DNA from: a virus
Taxonomy: Duplodnaviria > Caudoviricetes
IMG/VR virus record: IMGVR_UViG_3300043493_000025
Span: 1-39,039 of that record
Strand: one strand, 5' to 3'
Length of the DNA stretch: 39,039 bases
The position numbers and the translations under genes are program-made. Under the pieces are notes generated by a model. The model was not told where the DNA came from and made no database searches. It saw nothing but the letters and a program-made list of their open reading frames with translations. Of the stretch, positions 1 to 10,091 are shown one piece after another. Numbering within the stretch: position 1 is the first letter of the stretch; each line of letters begins with the position of its first letter.

Positions 1-127
1 GTAGTTAGGGAGCGCGCGGCCATCGTGGCCGAGCCCGTGATCGAGATGAAGGGTCCGCCCATACCGGGCATCCGTCCGCGCGAATATCAGTTGCCGGTGT
101 TCAAGTACTGGGAGGGCAACAAGAAGC
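1..127. repeat. Terminal direct repeat (identical to 38913-39039), probably circular assembly overlap
   Basis: 1-127 is identical to 38913-39039; 127 is a typical assembler k-mer; terS-terL are contiguous across the join. Confidence 0.93.
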
Positions 128-1479
128 CCGACCAGCGCGCTGTGGAGTGCTGGGCGCGGCGACTGGGCAAGGACCTGACCTACATGTCGGTCGCAGCATC
201 GAAGGTGCAGTTCGAGCGCAAGGGGCTGTACGTGCATTTCCTGCCCGAGGCCGAGCACGCACGCCGCACCATCTGGGATGGCTTCACCAACGAGGGAGAC
301 CGGCTGATCGACGTGGCCTTCCCGCCTGTGATGCGCTCGAAGACGCTCGACCATGACATGCGTATCGAGTTCAAGGATGGCGGCGCGTGGCAGCTAGGCG
401 GCTCGGATCAGTACGACCGCTGGGTAGGCAGCAACCCCATCGGCATCGTGTACAGCGAGTTCGCGCTGGCGCACCCGAGAGGCTGGGACCTGATGCGCCC
501 GATCCTGAAGATCAACGGTGGCTGGGCCGCGTTCATCTCCACGCCGCGTGGCTATAACCACTTCTTCCAGATCCTGCAGCTAGCCAAGGAGAATCCGGGC
601 TGGCGCTGGTCGCACATCAACGCACTCGAAGCGATGCTCGACGATGGCAACCCCGTGATGACGCAGTTCGACATCGACGAGGAAGTGCGCCAAGGCATGC
701 CCGAGGAACTAGCTAGGCAGGAATACCTGTGCGACTTCAGCGCCGCCAACGTGGGCGCGATCCTCGGGCGACAGGTGGAGCGCGCCGACAAGGATGGCAG
801 GTTGCGAGACGAGGTGTACGACGCAGCAGGCGAGCGCATCGACGTGTCGCTTGACCTTGGATTCCGCGACACGGCGGCTGCGTGGTTCTGGCAACGCTGG
901 CATGACACGCACGGCCTCGTTGACTACGATGAGGACAACGGGCTCGACGCCGAGCAGTGGATACAACGCTTGGCGGACAAACCGTGGCACTACGGCACGA
1001 TCTATCTACCGCACGATGCACGTGCCAAGACCTTCCAGACTCGGCACACGGTACTGGAGCAGTTCGCCGCCGCCATCAAGGATGGACGTTTAAACGCCGA
1101 GCGCGCGGTGCTGGTGCCGATGACCAGCATTTCCGACCGCATCAACGCGGCGCGCACCGTGATGCCGTACTGCCGCTTTGACCGCGTGGCGTGCGCTCAG
1201 GGCCTGCTCACCCTGCGCGAATGGCAGTACAAGTACGACGATGCGCGCAAGACTTACAGCCGCGAGCCCGAGCACAACTGGGCGAGCCACGGCGGCGACG
1301 CCTTCAGCTACGGCGCGCAGATGATGCGCTTCAGCAGCAAGAGCCTAACTACCAAGCGCGTGCAAGGCCCGGTTAACTGGGCCGATGCGCGCGATCCCCG
1401 CCACATCATTCGCCCGACGCTCGCCGACATGTGGGCCGAGCGTGAGCACGAAGCCGAACAAAGGAATCGCATCCCATGA
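25..1479 (+). CDS. terL: Terminase large subunit
   Basis: Walker A-like WARRLGKD, Walker B-like IVYSEFA, FISTPRG coupling motif, nuclease DLGFRD and SHGGDAFSY; lies between terS and portal. Confidence 0.93.
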   Translation: MAEPVIEMKGPPIPGIRPREYQLPVFKYWEGNKKPDQRAVECWARRLGKDLTYMSVAASKVQFERKGLYVHFLPEAEHARRTIWDGFTNEGDRLIDVAFPPVMRSKTLDHDMRIEFKDGGAWQLGGSDQYDRWVGSNPIGIVYSEFALAHPRGWDLMRPILKINGGWAAFISTPRGYNHFFQILQLAKENPGWRWSHINALEAMLDDGNPVMTQFDIDEEVRQGMPEELARQEYLCDFSAANVGAILGRQVERADKDGRLRDEVYDAAGERIDVSLDLGFRDTAAAWFWQRWHDTHGLVDYDEDNGLDAEQWIQRLADKPWHYGTIYLPHDARAKTFQTRHTVLEQFAAAIKDGRLNAERAVLVPMTSISDRINAARTVMPYCRFDRVACAQGLLTLREWQYKYDDARKTYSREPEHNWASHGGDAFSYGAQMMRFSSKSLTTKRVQGPVNWADARDPRHIIRPTLADMWAEREHEAEQRNRIP

Positions 1480-3503
1480 GCGCACTGACGCCGACCCTAA
1501 CTAGCCGCTCCGACTTCGAGAAGACGCCGCAGGGCATCCAGCAGCTATGGATCACCGAGCTAGCGGCGGCCAAGAAGGATCAGGAGAAGTGGCGCAAGGC
1601 GGGCGAGCGCATCACCAAGGTGTTCCTCGATGAGCGCGGCGAGGAACAGAGCGTGATCGACATGCTGCGCTCTGGGACACGTTTAAACGTCTTCAGTGCC
1701 AACATCATCACGCTGCGCGCGCTCTTGTTCGGCAACGTGCCGCGCGTCGATGTCGGCAGGCGCTACCAAGACTCGGACGACGATGATGCGCGCGTTGCGA
1801 GCGAGATCATGGAGCGCAGTCTGAACGCCGACATCGGTGAGCAGTTCAGCTTCGGCATAGGGCAGGCGCTCGATGACAGGTTGTTAGTCGGCTTCGGCTG
1901 CGCTCGCGTGGCGTACGAGGCGGACTTCGAGACCATCCAGCATGAGGCGATCATGTTGGGGGAGCGCGAGGTGGCACCCGCGTTCGAGGAAGAAGTGAAG
2001 CACAACGAGGCCGCCCCTGTTTACTACTACAACTGGCGCGACGTGCTGTGGTCGCCCGCGCGTACGTGGGACGAGGTGCGCTGGATCGCGTTTCGCAACT
2101 ACCTCACCCGCGATGAGTGCAAGGCGCGCTTCGGCGACAAGATAGGCGAGGCCATGCCGCTCGGCACCTCCAAGCGCAAGGCCGCCGATGCGGGCATCCA
2201 GTTCGATCCGTGGCAGAAGTCCGAGGTGTGGGAGGTGTGGGACCGTACCATCAAGAAAGTCATCTGGATGTGCGAGGGCATGGACGTGATCTGCGACATG
2301 AAGCCCAACACGCTCTCGCTCAAGGGCTTCTTCCCGTGCCCCAAGTTCATGCTTGCCAACCCGACCAGCAAAGCCTATCTACCGCGCGCTGACTACATCT
2401 TGGCGCAGGACCAGTACAACGAGTTGAACGACTGCAGCCGCCGCATCACCATGCTGCAGAAGGCGCTCAAAGTCGTCGGTGTGTACGACAAGTCGGCGGA
2501 CGGCATCCAGCGCATGCTCAACGAGGCGACCGAGAACACGCTCATCCCGGTAGATAGCTGGGCGATGTTCGCCGAGAAGGGCGGCATCAAGGGGCAGGTC
2601 GACTGGTTGCCGCTCGATCAGGTGGTGGCGGCGTTGACGGCGCTGCGCGACTACCGCAGCGAGCTTGTGAACCTGCTCTATCAGGTCACGGGTATGAGCG
2701 ACATCCTGCGCGGTGCCACGCAGGCGGGCGAGACCGCGACCGCACAGTCGATCAAGGCCAAGTTTGCAAGCGTGCGCGTGCAGGCACAGCAGGACGAGTT
2801 CGCGCGCTTCGCGACCGATCTTCAGAAGCTGCGCGCCGAGGTGATGATCCTGCACTTCAGCGACGAGGCGCTGGTCAAGCAGGCCAACATGGAGTTCACG
2901 CCTGACCAGCAGCATGTGCCCGGAGCGCTCAAACTACTGCGCGAGAAGGATGTGTTCCGCATCGCCATCAAGTCCGAGCAGTTAGCCATGCAGGACATGG
3001 CGGCATTGCGGCAGGAGAAGACCGAGTTCGTTCAAGGGCTGTCGGGCTTCATCACTGCCGCCGCGCCGCTGGTGCAGGCGCATCCGGCCGCAGCCCCGAC
3101 GTTGCTCGAACTACTCAAGTGGGCGATGTCCGGCTTCAAGGGCGCGTCGACCGCCGAGTCGATCTTGGACTCTGCCATCGCATCGCTGCAGCAGAACCCG
3201 CCGCAGCAGCCGCCAGATCCGGCCAAGCAGAAGGCCGATGAGCAGCAGGCCAAGACGCAAGCCGGGATGCAGGTCGAGAAGATGAAGCAGCAGGGCAAGC
3301 AGGTGGAGATTGGTGCCAACTTGCAGGCCGACCTAACAAGGGTGCAGGCCGAGACCGGCGCGGAACTGCAGAAGCAAAAGGCGCAGTTCATCTTCGACAC
3401 GCACGCCGCCAATCGCGACGCCATCAACCAGTCGCAGGAAGCGCAGCGCACCGAGGGGGTGGCTGCGACCACGGCAGTCACATCCAAGAGGCCATCGCAA
3501 TGA
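1476..3503 (+). CDS. Portal protein (P22-like podovirus type)
   Basis: 675 aa directly after terL with ATGA overlap; QVTGMSDILRGATQAGETATAQ motif; Gln-rich helical C-terminus. Confidence 0.88.
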   Translation: MSALTPTLTSRSDFEKTPQGIQQLWITELAAAKKDQEKWRKAGERITKVFLDERGEEQSVIDMLRSGTRLNVFSANIITLRALLFGNVPRVDVGRRYQDSDDDDARVASEIMERSLNADIGEQFSFGIGQALDDRLLVGFGCARVAYEADFETIQHEAIMLGEREVAPAFEEEVKHNEAAPVYYYNWRDVLWSPARTWDEVRWIAFRNYLTRDECKARFGDKIGEAMPLGTSKRKAADAGIQFDPWQKSEVWEVWDRTIKKVIWMCEGMDVICDMKPNTLSLKGFFPCPKFMLANPTSKAYLPRADYILAQDQYNELNDCSRRITMLQKALKVVGVYDKSADGIQRMLNEATENTLIPVDSWAMFAEKGGIKGQVDWLPLDQVVAALTALRDYRSELVNLLYQVTGMSDILRGATQAGETATAQSIKAKFASVRVQAQQDEFARFATDLQKLRAEVMILHFSDEALVKQANMEFTPDQQHVPGALKLLREKDVFRIAIKSEQLAMQDMAALRQEKTEFVQGLSGFITAAAPLVQAHPAAAPTLLELLKWAMSGFKGASTAESILDSAIASLQQNPPQQPPDPAKQKADEQQAKTQAGMQVEKMKQQGKQVEIGANLQADLTRVQAETGAELQKQKAQFIFDTHAANRDAINQSQEAQRTEGVAATTAVTSKRPSQ

Positions 3504-3655
3504 TCGAGGTGCGCCAGCAAGTAGGTGGGCCGGTGGTATTCATCGGTGGCTGGGCCGTGGTGTTGCTGCCGTTCGTGATGCTCTACGCCAAGCTGTCGAG
3601 GGGCGCAGGTCTCGTCTGGTGTTGCTGGAAGCGCCGCGTCGAGGTGCGACTATGA
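3500..3655 (+). CDS. Small putative membrane protein (51 aa, not in ORF track)
   Basis: MIEVRQQVGGPVVFIGGWAVVLLPFVMLYAKL...; ATGA overlaps with both neighbours; one hydrophobic segment. Confidence 0.55.
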   Translation: MIEVRQQVGGPVVFIGGWAVVLLPFVMLYAKLSRGAGLVWCCWKRRVEVRL

Positions 3656-3978
3656 GGCGCACATGGCACTTCGATGAGAAGTTAGGCCGACTGGTCGAAG
3701 GTCCTGCCCCGCGCAAGGGGCACTCGGGTGACGGATGGATGTACTCCGACCGGCTGTACTCGGCGACGCCATTCCTTGGCAAGGACGGCAAGGTGATCGA
3801 CTCGCGCAAGAAGCACCGGCAGTACATGGCGCGCAACGGCCTAACTACTATGGACGACTTCAAGCAAACATGGGCTGACGCGGCCAAGCAGCGCGCCAAG
3901 CATTTCACGGACGGCTCGAACGACCGCAGCGCGCGGCGCGAGGCTATCGAGCGCACCATTCTCAAGCTGGAGAAATGA
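3652..3978 (+). CDS. Conserved-looking phage hypothetical protein
   Basis: ATG 3652 after GAGG; DGKVIDSRKKHRQYMARNGL motif seen in small post-portal proteins. Confidence 0.7.
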   Translation: MRRTWHFDEKLGRLVEGPAPRKGHSGDGWMYSDRLYSATPFLGKDGKVIDSRKKHRQYMARNGLTTMDDFKQTWADAAKQRAKHFTDGSNDRSARREAIERTILKLEK

Positions 3979-3979
3979 C

Positions 3980-6900
3980 ATGGGCAACCGCAGCACGTTC
4001 GTCCTGAATGCGCCTGACGAGATGCAGTCGCCGCAGCCCACGGGCGACCGCAACCTCTGGCTGACTGACAACGAGCGCAAGCGCCGCGCGCTGCGCCGCC
4101 AGTCGACCGACGCGGCCGAGTCGCTCGGCAATGATCTTGCGAGCGGCCAGCAGTTCATAGGCGACTTGGGGCGCAATGCGCTGGGCCTGCCCGAGGCTGC
4201 CATGACGGTCGGCACGGGGCTTGTCTCGCAGCTTGGCACGGGGCTCGGCACCGCTGCGGGCATGGTCGCCGACACGCTGCGCAATGGCATCTCTGGCGGG
4301 GTAGATAGGTCTGGCAATCCGGTGATGCGCGTGCGCCAGCCCGACATCGACTCCGCTGCCGAGACCATCGGCGACAACAGCGAGCGCTTCACCTACCAGC
4401 CCAAGACCGAGGGCGGGCAGGGCGCGCTGCGCGGCGTGGGCGAGGTGATGGCACCGCTCGATGAGGCCATGAAGGAGGGCGGTCAGCGTGTATCGCAGGC
4501 GACCGGCTCACCGCTCGCTGGAGCGCTCACCTACGGCGGGCTGAACTTCTTGGGGCCTGAGCATGGGGCACCGGTCGTCGCCGCGCTCCGGGGCTCCAAG
4601 GCGCTCACGGGGCTCATCGAACGGGCGGGTGCGTCGCGCGGCATCGCGAGCACTGGCCGCAGGGCGCGGCAGTCGGGGGCATGGGTGCCGGGTGACATCG
4701 CTGAGACGCCGGGCGACTTCTCGATGCGCTCGCCCACGGTCGATGCGTTTACACGCCTCAAGCCGCAGGAGCAGGTGAAGCTCCCCGGCAGGCAGTTGAT
4801 GAAGGCGTTGCAGCGCGAGGGTGCGAAGAAGGAGGAACTCACGTGGATGGGCCTCGACAAGGTGCTCGACACGGATGAGCCGCTCGCTGTTGCTGATGTC
4901 AAAAGGCTGGCCGAATCCAATGCGCCCAAGATCGAGCACGTGCAGGCGCGTGCTGGCGAGGATGGCGGCGAACTCGACGACGACAAGGTCCATGAAGCGG
5001 TCAGTGAAGCGGTCAGCAACGACGATGACCTGCGCTACCCGGTGACGTTGCAGCACCGTGCTCCCGGCACGCGCAGGTACGAGACATACGATCAGGCTCC
5101 CGGCAATTTCGATAGCCATGACGAGGCGATGGACTGGCTGGACGAGCACAAGAAGGAACTGGTCGAGCACGAGACTAACTACTATCTTGAAAATATCGGC
5201 GAGCATTTCGACGAGGAACAACTTGCCGAGATGAGCGACGAGCAGAAACAGGAGTGGGCTGAGAGTGCTGCGGAATCCTCTGTCGGGGATCAGTTAGGGG
5301 AGTTCGAGACGGAGAACGATTACGACAGCGGCGCGATCAACGAGGAAGAACTGCGCGACTACCACGAGCAGCGCATCCGTGAGAACCCTGCCGATTATGG
5401 CCTCGAAGGTACTGCCGATGCGCCTGACTACGGCGAATACACGGTCGGGCAGCACGGCCGCGAACCCGAGGCTAACTACACGGTGGCGACCGGCAAGCTC
5501 GCGGGTGAGAGTCGCTTCGGGCGCAACATGGGCGAGCCGTCGTTCTTGGAGCCGCATACGCGTGCTGAGAGGGCAGAAGCCAACGCGCGCAACCCGGATT
5601 TCATCGAGGGCGCGCGCGGCAATCCAGACATGGAAGCTGCGCTCGCGAAGGACTTGCAGGACAGTCAGGCGCAGTTGTCGTTGCTGCCCGAGGAAGCCAA
5701 GTCGAAGGCATACCAGCGCGAGGCGCTGCGCCGGGGGCAGGTGGCCGAGGACCCGAACGCCAGCAAGTACCGCAGCCAGTCGAACCTGTCTCACTACCGT
5801 GACATGGGCAAGAACCAGATGTATTTCACGCGCGAGACGCATCGGCCCGCGCCTGACTGGGGCACGGTGCAGAGGGGCGTTGGTCGTGTTGATGAGACTG
5901 GCTTGGGCACGAATGAAGGCGCGGCGCTGCCCGAGTCGAACGATGATAACCCGCTCGCATTCCTCGAAGAAGCGCAGAGCGACTGGTATCAGAAGGGCCG
6001 CAAGACCGGCTGGGCTGACCCCAAGGGCATCGGTGAGATCGAAAAGCAGAAGGTAGATAGGGAGGCGCAGCTAGGGGCGTTTAAACAGCAGGCCGTGGGA
6101 GAACTCAGCAACCTGTGGACTAACCCGCACGTGGCCGAGGTGATAAAGCACGGCATCGCGGCTGAAGGGAAGGACAGCTATCTAGCCTCAAAGCTCAAGG
6201 AATGGGCAGATCTGCAGCCGGGTGGTGAATTGGTGGGGCAGGTAGAGCCCAGTGAATTACAGGATGCGCGCCTCCGGGCGGGCAGAGCCGTTCTCCGCGA
6301 GATCGGCCCATACGCATACGAAAATCCCCCGGCGCAGCAGTTGATAGAACAAACGGCGCAGGGCTTGAGCCAGATGGAGAACATGTCCTCGATTCCCGGC
6401 ACGGAAGACCTGACGCCGACAGGTCCCATGCGCGAGACCCCGCAGTACACGCAGCTTGCAATGGCCGACGCGCTGCGCCGCGCGGTGCAGGAGGGCAAGC
6501 AGTACTTCGGATGGACACCGCCCGACGTGCACGCGCACCGCTGGGGTACGGAGTCGATGCAGTACGCGCCGAGCGCTGAGAATCCGCGCATGATGCGTGC
6601 ACGCTTCGGCACCCGTCGGCTTGAGCAAGACCCCGGCACGATGCTGGAGAAATTGCAGGGGCGTGCTGATGAGTTGTTAGGCGATGATGTACCGTCGGAG
6701 ATGTTCAACCTCGACGATCCGAATATCGACAAACTACTGCACGAAGCTGTCGAGGCCAATCTTGACTACGGCATGAGTGACTACCCGGACCCCAACGCGC
6801 AGCGCGCCAAGCGTGCGGCGGGCATCAAGAAGGACATGGAGCGCCTCTCGCAGCGCATGACGACGGAAGGACCGCTGCCAGATGAAGGCACCATTCCCCG

Positions 6901-7120
6901 GCGCGCAGCGACGCACAACTCACCGCGCGCCTACGGCTACGAATCGGCTTACGGCCCGATGGAAAAGCACATCATCGACATCTTGCGCAGGAGCGGCGTG
7001 AAGCCCCCGCAGATCCGCGACATCCCGATGCGCGGTGATCGTGGGCAGCCGATGCGCGGATTCGAGATTGATCCCGACTTGGCACGCGCCGCGAAGCGCG
7101 GCTTTATCCTGCCTTACTAA
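3980..7120 (+). CDS. Large protein resembling injected/polyvalent internal virion proteins
   Basis: 1046 aa; Gly/Ala-rich N-terminus with FTYQPKTEGGQ; GAKKEELTWMGL and FLEEAQSDWYQKGR motifs; acidic middle region. The ORF is solid, the function is inferred. Confidence 0.55.
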   Translation: MGNRSTFVLNAPDEMQSPQPTGDRNLWLTDNERKRRALRRQSTDAAESLGNDLASGQQFIGDLGRNALGLPEAAMTVGTGLVSQLGTGLGTAAGMVADTLRNGISGGVDRSGNPVMRVRQPDIDSAAETIGDNSERFTYQPKTEGGQGALRGVGEVMAPLDEAMKEGGQRVSQATGSPLAGALTYGGLNFLGPEHGAPVVAALRGSKALTGLIERAGASRGIASTGRRARQSGAWVPGDIAETPGDFSMRSPTVDAFTRLKPQEQVKLPGRQLMKALQREGAKKEELTWMGLDKVLDTDEPLAVADVKRLAESNAPKIEHVQARAGEDGGELDDDKVHEAVSEAVSNDDDLRYPVTLQHRAPGTRRYETYDQAPGNFDSHDEAMDWLDEHKKELVEHETNYYLENIGEHFDEEQLAEMSDEQKQEWAESAAESSVGDQLGEFETENDYDSGAINEEELRDYHEQRIRENPADYGLEGTADAPDYGEYTVGQHGREPEANYTVATGKLAGESRFGRNMGEPSFLEPHTRAERAEANARNPDFIEGARGNPDMEAALAKDLQDSQAQLSLLPEEAKSKAYQREALRRGQVAEDPNASKYRSQSNLSHYRDMGKNQMYFTRETHRPAPDWGTVQRGVGRVDETGLGTNEGAALPESNDDNPLAFLEEAQSDWYQKGRKTGWADPKGIGEIEKQKVDREAQLGAFKQQAVGELSNLWTNPHVAEVIKHGIAAEGKDSYLASKLKEWADLQPGGELVGQVEPSELQDARLRAGRAVLREIGPYAYENPPAQQLIEQTAQGLSQMENMSSIPGTEDLTPTGPMRETPQYTQLAMADALRRAVQEGKQYFGWTPPDVHAHRWGTESMQYAPSAENPRMMRARFGTRRLEQDPGTMLEKLQGRADELLGDDVPSEMFNLDDPNIDKLLHEAVEANLDYGMSDYPDPNAQRAKRAAGIKKDMERLSQRMTTEGPLPDEGTIPRRAATHNSPRAYGYESAYGPMEKHIIDILRRSGVKPPQIRDIPMRGDRGQPMRGFEIDPDLARAAKRGFILPY

Positions 7121-7135
7121 CTACTAGAGGTTTTT

Positions 7136-8212
7136 ATGCCCGGCGAATCATTACGAGAATCACTGGAGCTATCGTTCGACGAGCACGCTCCTGAAACACC
7201 CGAGACCCCTGCCCCTGCGTCGCCTGCCCCGCCGCCTGCGCCCGAGGATCAGCCGCCACCGGGCGACGAACCGCAGGAGCCTGTCACCGGCCGCCAGCGC
7301 GATTCGACCGGGCGCTTCGCCAAGGAGCGCGCCGACAGCACTCCGGTCGCAAAGCCGGTAGTTAGCCAGCAGCCACCGCAGGGCCAGCAGCAGCCCGACC
7401 CGTTCTCCAAGGCACCGCAGTCGTGGAAGCCCGGCGCGCGTGAAGCGTGGGCCAATGTGCCGCCCGACGTACGCGCCGAGGTGTACAGGCGCGAGCGCGA
7501 GAACGAGCGGATTGTCCAAGAGCATGCGCAGGCGCGGCAGGTGTCGACCTATGTGCAGCGCCTGCAGCAGCAGTACGCGCCCGCGCTGCATGCCGAAGGC
7601 GTCGATGCGTTGACCGCGTCGGCCAACCTCATGCAGCTAGCTAGTCGGCTGCGCTACGGCACGCCGGTCGAGAAGGCGCAGTTGGCCGCGCAGATCGTGC
7701 GTAACTACGGCGTTGACGTAGTGGCGCTCGCCGCCGCGCTCGACGGCCAGCAGTACGCGGGTGCGCAAGGACCGCAGCAAGCCGCGATGGCATACCAAGA
7801 TCCACGCGTCGACCAGTTGCTGTCGCAGCTTCAGAGTGCGCAGGCCAGCCGCGAGCAGCAGATGCAGTCACGGGCCGTCAGCGATGTGGAAACCTTCGGG
7901 CGCGGCAAGGAATTCTTCGAGGATGTGCGCGAGGACATGGGCGACCTGATGGAGTTAGCCGCCAAGCGCAAAATTGACATGTCACTCGACCAAGCGTATG
8001 AGCGAGCCTGTGCGATGAATCCTGATATCGCGAAGGTCGTCGCAGCGCGCGGATCGGCGCGGGCAGTTGGAAACGGTAACTCGTCCATCCAGCGGGCACG
8101 TGCAGCAGCTTCGAGCGTTCGGGGAACACCCAACCAAGGGATGTCCACTCCGGCACCGAACGACCTTCGCGGAGCTATCGAGGCAGCCATCGAACAAGTC
8201 GGCGGTAGGTAA
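7136..8212 (+). CDS. Capsid scaffolding protein
   Basis: Immediately upstream of the capsid gene; Pro-rich N-terminus, APQSWK...W..VPPDVRAEVYRRE motif, helical body. Confidence 0.8.
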   Translation: MPGESLRESLELSFDEHAPETPETPAPASPAPPPAPEDQPPPGDEPQEPVTGRQRDSTGRFAKERADSTPVAKPVVSQQPPQGQQQPDPFSKAPQSWKPGAREAWANVPPDVRAEVYRRERENERIVQEHAQARQVSTYVQRLQQQYAPALHAEGVDALTASANLMQLASRLRYGTPVEKAQLAAQIVRNYGVDVVALAAALDGQQYAGAQGPQQAAMAYQDPRVDQLLSQLQSAQASREQQMQSRAVSDVETFGRGKEFFEDVREDMGDLMELAAKRKIDMSLDQAYERACAMNPDIAKVVAARGSARAVGNGNSSIQRARAAASSVRGTPNQGMSTPAPNDLRGAIEAAIEQVGGR

Positions 8213-8334
8213 GAGCACGTGCGTGCCCACTTCTATCGAGACAGCCCCGGCACCGGGACAAGGCCGAAGCGTGTAAACGCTCCACGGGAAACGGTGTAAA
8301 CGCTAGGCTCAATCTCGAATAGTTAGGGGCTAAC

Positions 8335-9306
8335 ATGGCATTCCCAAATGTGTCCGATATCATCGCGACGACCATCGAGTCGCGAACTCGGTCCATCGCC
8401 GACAACGTCACCAAGAACAACGCGCTGCTGATGCGGCTCGAAGAACGCGGCAAGATCAAGACGGTCAGCGGCGGATCGAAAATCTTTCAGGAACTCTCGT
8501 TCGCGGAGAATGCGAACGCGGGCTGGTACTCCGGCTACGACCTGCTGCCCGTGGCGGCGCAGGATGTCATCAGCGCCGCCGAGTTCGACTTCAAGCAGGC
8601 CGCCTGCCCCATCGCGGTCAGCGGTCTCGACCAACTGAAGAACAGCGGACGCGAGCAGATGATCGACCTGCTCGAAGGTCGCGTGGGTGTTGGCGAAGCA
8701 ACGATGGCGAACCTCATCGCCGGTGGCTTGTACTCCGACGGCACCGGTGCTGGCGGCAAGCAGTTAGACGGTCTGAACAAGGCCGTGGTAGTTGACCCAA
8801 CTACCGGTGTTTACGGTGCCATCGACCCGAATACGTGGGTCTTCTGGCGCAACGCAACTCTCGATCTGACAGCAGCGGCGATGACGGCGGCTCTCATTCA
8901 GGGCCACTTCAATACGCTGTGGGGTCGACTCGTGCGTGGTTCGGATCGTCCCGATCTCATCATGCTCGACGCGCTGGTGTGGGGTGTGTATCTGGCAAGC
9001 CTGCAGGCGCAGCAGCGCTTCACGGGCACGGAGAAGGGCAAGCTCGGCTTCCCGACGATCCAGTACATGGACGCGGACGTGGTGCTCGACGGTGGCATCG
9101 GTGGCTTCTGCCCCGCTGGCACGGCCTTCTTCCTGAACACCAAGTACATCCACTACCGCCCGCACAAGGACCGCAATTTCGTGCCGCTGTCACCGGGAAA
9201 GCGCACGCCGGTCAATCAGGACGCTGAAGTGCAGATCCTCGCATGGGCTGGCAACCTGACCTGTTCGGGTCGCCAGTTCCAAGGCCGGATCGACTTCAAC
9301 CCCTAA
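8335..9306 (+). CDS. Major capsid protein
   Basis: 323 aa; IADNVTKNNALL..L, GWYSGYD, LYSDGTG..GKQLDGL and W.GNLTCS motifs; followed by a terminator. Confidence 0.9.
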   Translation: MAFPNVSDIIATTIESRTRSIADNVTKNNALLMRLEERGKIKTVSGGSKIFQELSFAENANAGWYSGYDLLPVAAQDVISAAEFDFKQAACPIAVSGLDQLKNSGREQMIDLLEGRVGVGEATMANLIAGGLYSDGTGAGGKQLDGLNKAVVVDPTTGVYGAIDPNTWVFWRNATLDLTAAAMTAALIQGHFNTLWGRLVRGSDRPDLIMLDALVWGVYLASLQAQQRFTGTEKGKLGFPTIQYMDADVVLDGGIGGFCPAGTAFFLNTKYIHYRPHKDRNFVPLSPGKRTPVNQDAEVQILAWAGNLTCSGRQFQGRIDFNP

Positions 9307-9340
9307 TCAGTAGTCGGGTGGCGTTTTATCGCGCCAATTT

Positions 9341-9373
9341 CGGAGCAGGGCTAACTACCCTGCTCCGTTTTTT
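9341..9373 (+). terminator. Rho-independent terminator after the capsid gene
   Basis: CGGAGCAGGG-ctaacta-CCCTGCTCCG perfect 10 bp stem followed by TTTTTT. Confidence 0.88.
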
Positions 9374-9387
9374 CAAAGGAGTTCGCA

Positions 9388-10080
9388 ATGCCTGCTTCCC
9401 TCCCCGGCTCGACCGTCGCGCAGAATCAGGGCAACCCGACCTTGGGGTCGATGGTGCTGTTCGATGCGGCGTCGGGTCCGAAGAATTCTCCGTTCGATGC
9501 ACAGAAGGTCGACTACGCGACAGCACCTCCAGCGGGCTTGCCTGCGGGTTGGACTGCAGCGCGCATCCTTCTCAAGGTCAACGATCCGCTCAATTTGTCT
9601 ACCGGGGGTCTATCTACCGGTGTGGGCTACGGTTCGCCACCGATCATTGGCGAGGCGGCTGTTGGCATTCGTTTCAAAGGTCCGGGCTTCACCGACGACT
9701 ACAAGCCCGGTATCTCGACGCTCGCCAGCCCCGTTGTTGATTCGACCAACTCGCGCTTCATGTACATCGGTGGCGGCAAGAGCGCCATCGTCAACGGCAC
9801 AGGACCCAACGGCAACGGCTACCCTCCGGGGTGGTTCACGAGCCAGCCCGTGCCCTATGTCGCGGGCTTTGGCATCGCGGCGGCTGGCAACGGCGGTTCG
9901 CGCGACGGTGGCGCGGGTCCTGCCTTCACCGGCTTCCCGTTGAAGTCCGTGACCGCAGTCGGCGCGGTCGCCAATGGTGCGGCGGTCGAGACCAACTGGA
10001 CCAATCGCTCAGGCGTCGGCATCGTCGCGGGGCAGTCGGTGTTCGGCAGCGGCACGGCGCAGCTTGCAGCTTTGTCGTAA
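9388..10080 (+). CDS. Gly-rich putative virion (capsid decoration) protein
   Basis: AAGGAG RBS; follows the capsid gene; Gly/Pro/Ala-rich. Confidence 0.55.
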   Translation: MPASLPGSTVAQNQGNPTLGSMVLFDAASGPKNSPFDAQKVDYATAPPAGLPAGWTAARILLKVNDPLNLSTGGLSTGVGYGSPPIIGEAAVGIRFKGPGFTDDYKPGISTLASPVVDSTNSRFMYIGGGKSAIVNGTGPNGNGYPPGWFTSQPVPYVAGFGIAAAGNGGSRDGGAGPAFTGFPLKSVTAVGAVANGAAVETNWTNRSGVGIVAGQSVFGSGTAQLAALS

Positions 10081-10091
10081 GGAGTAGTTAG

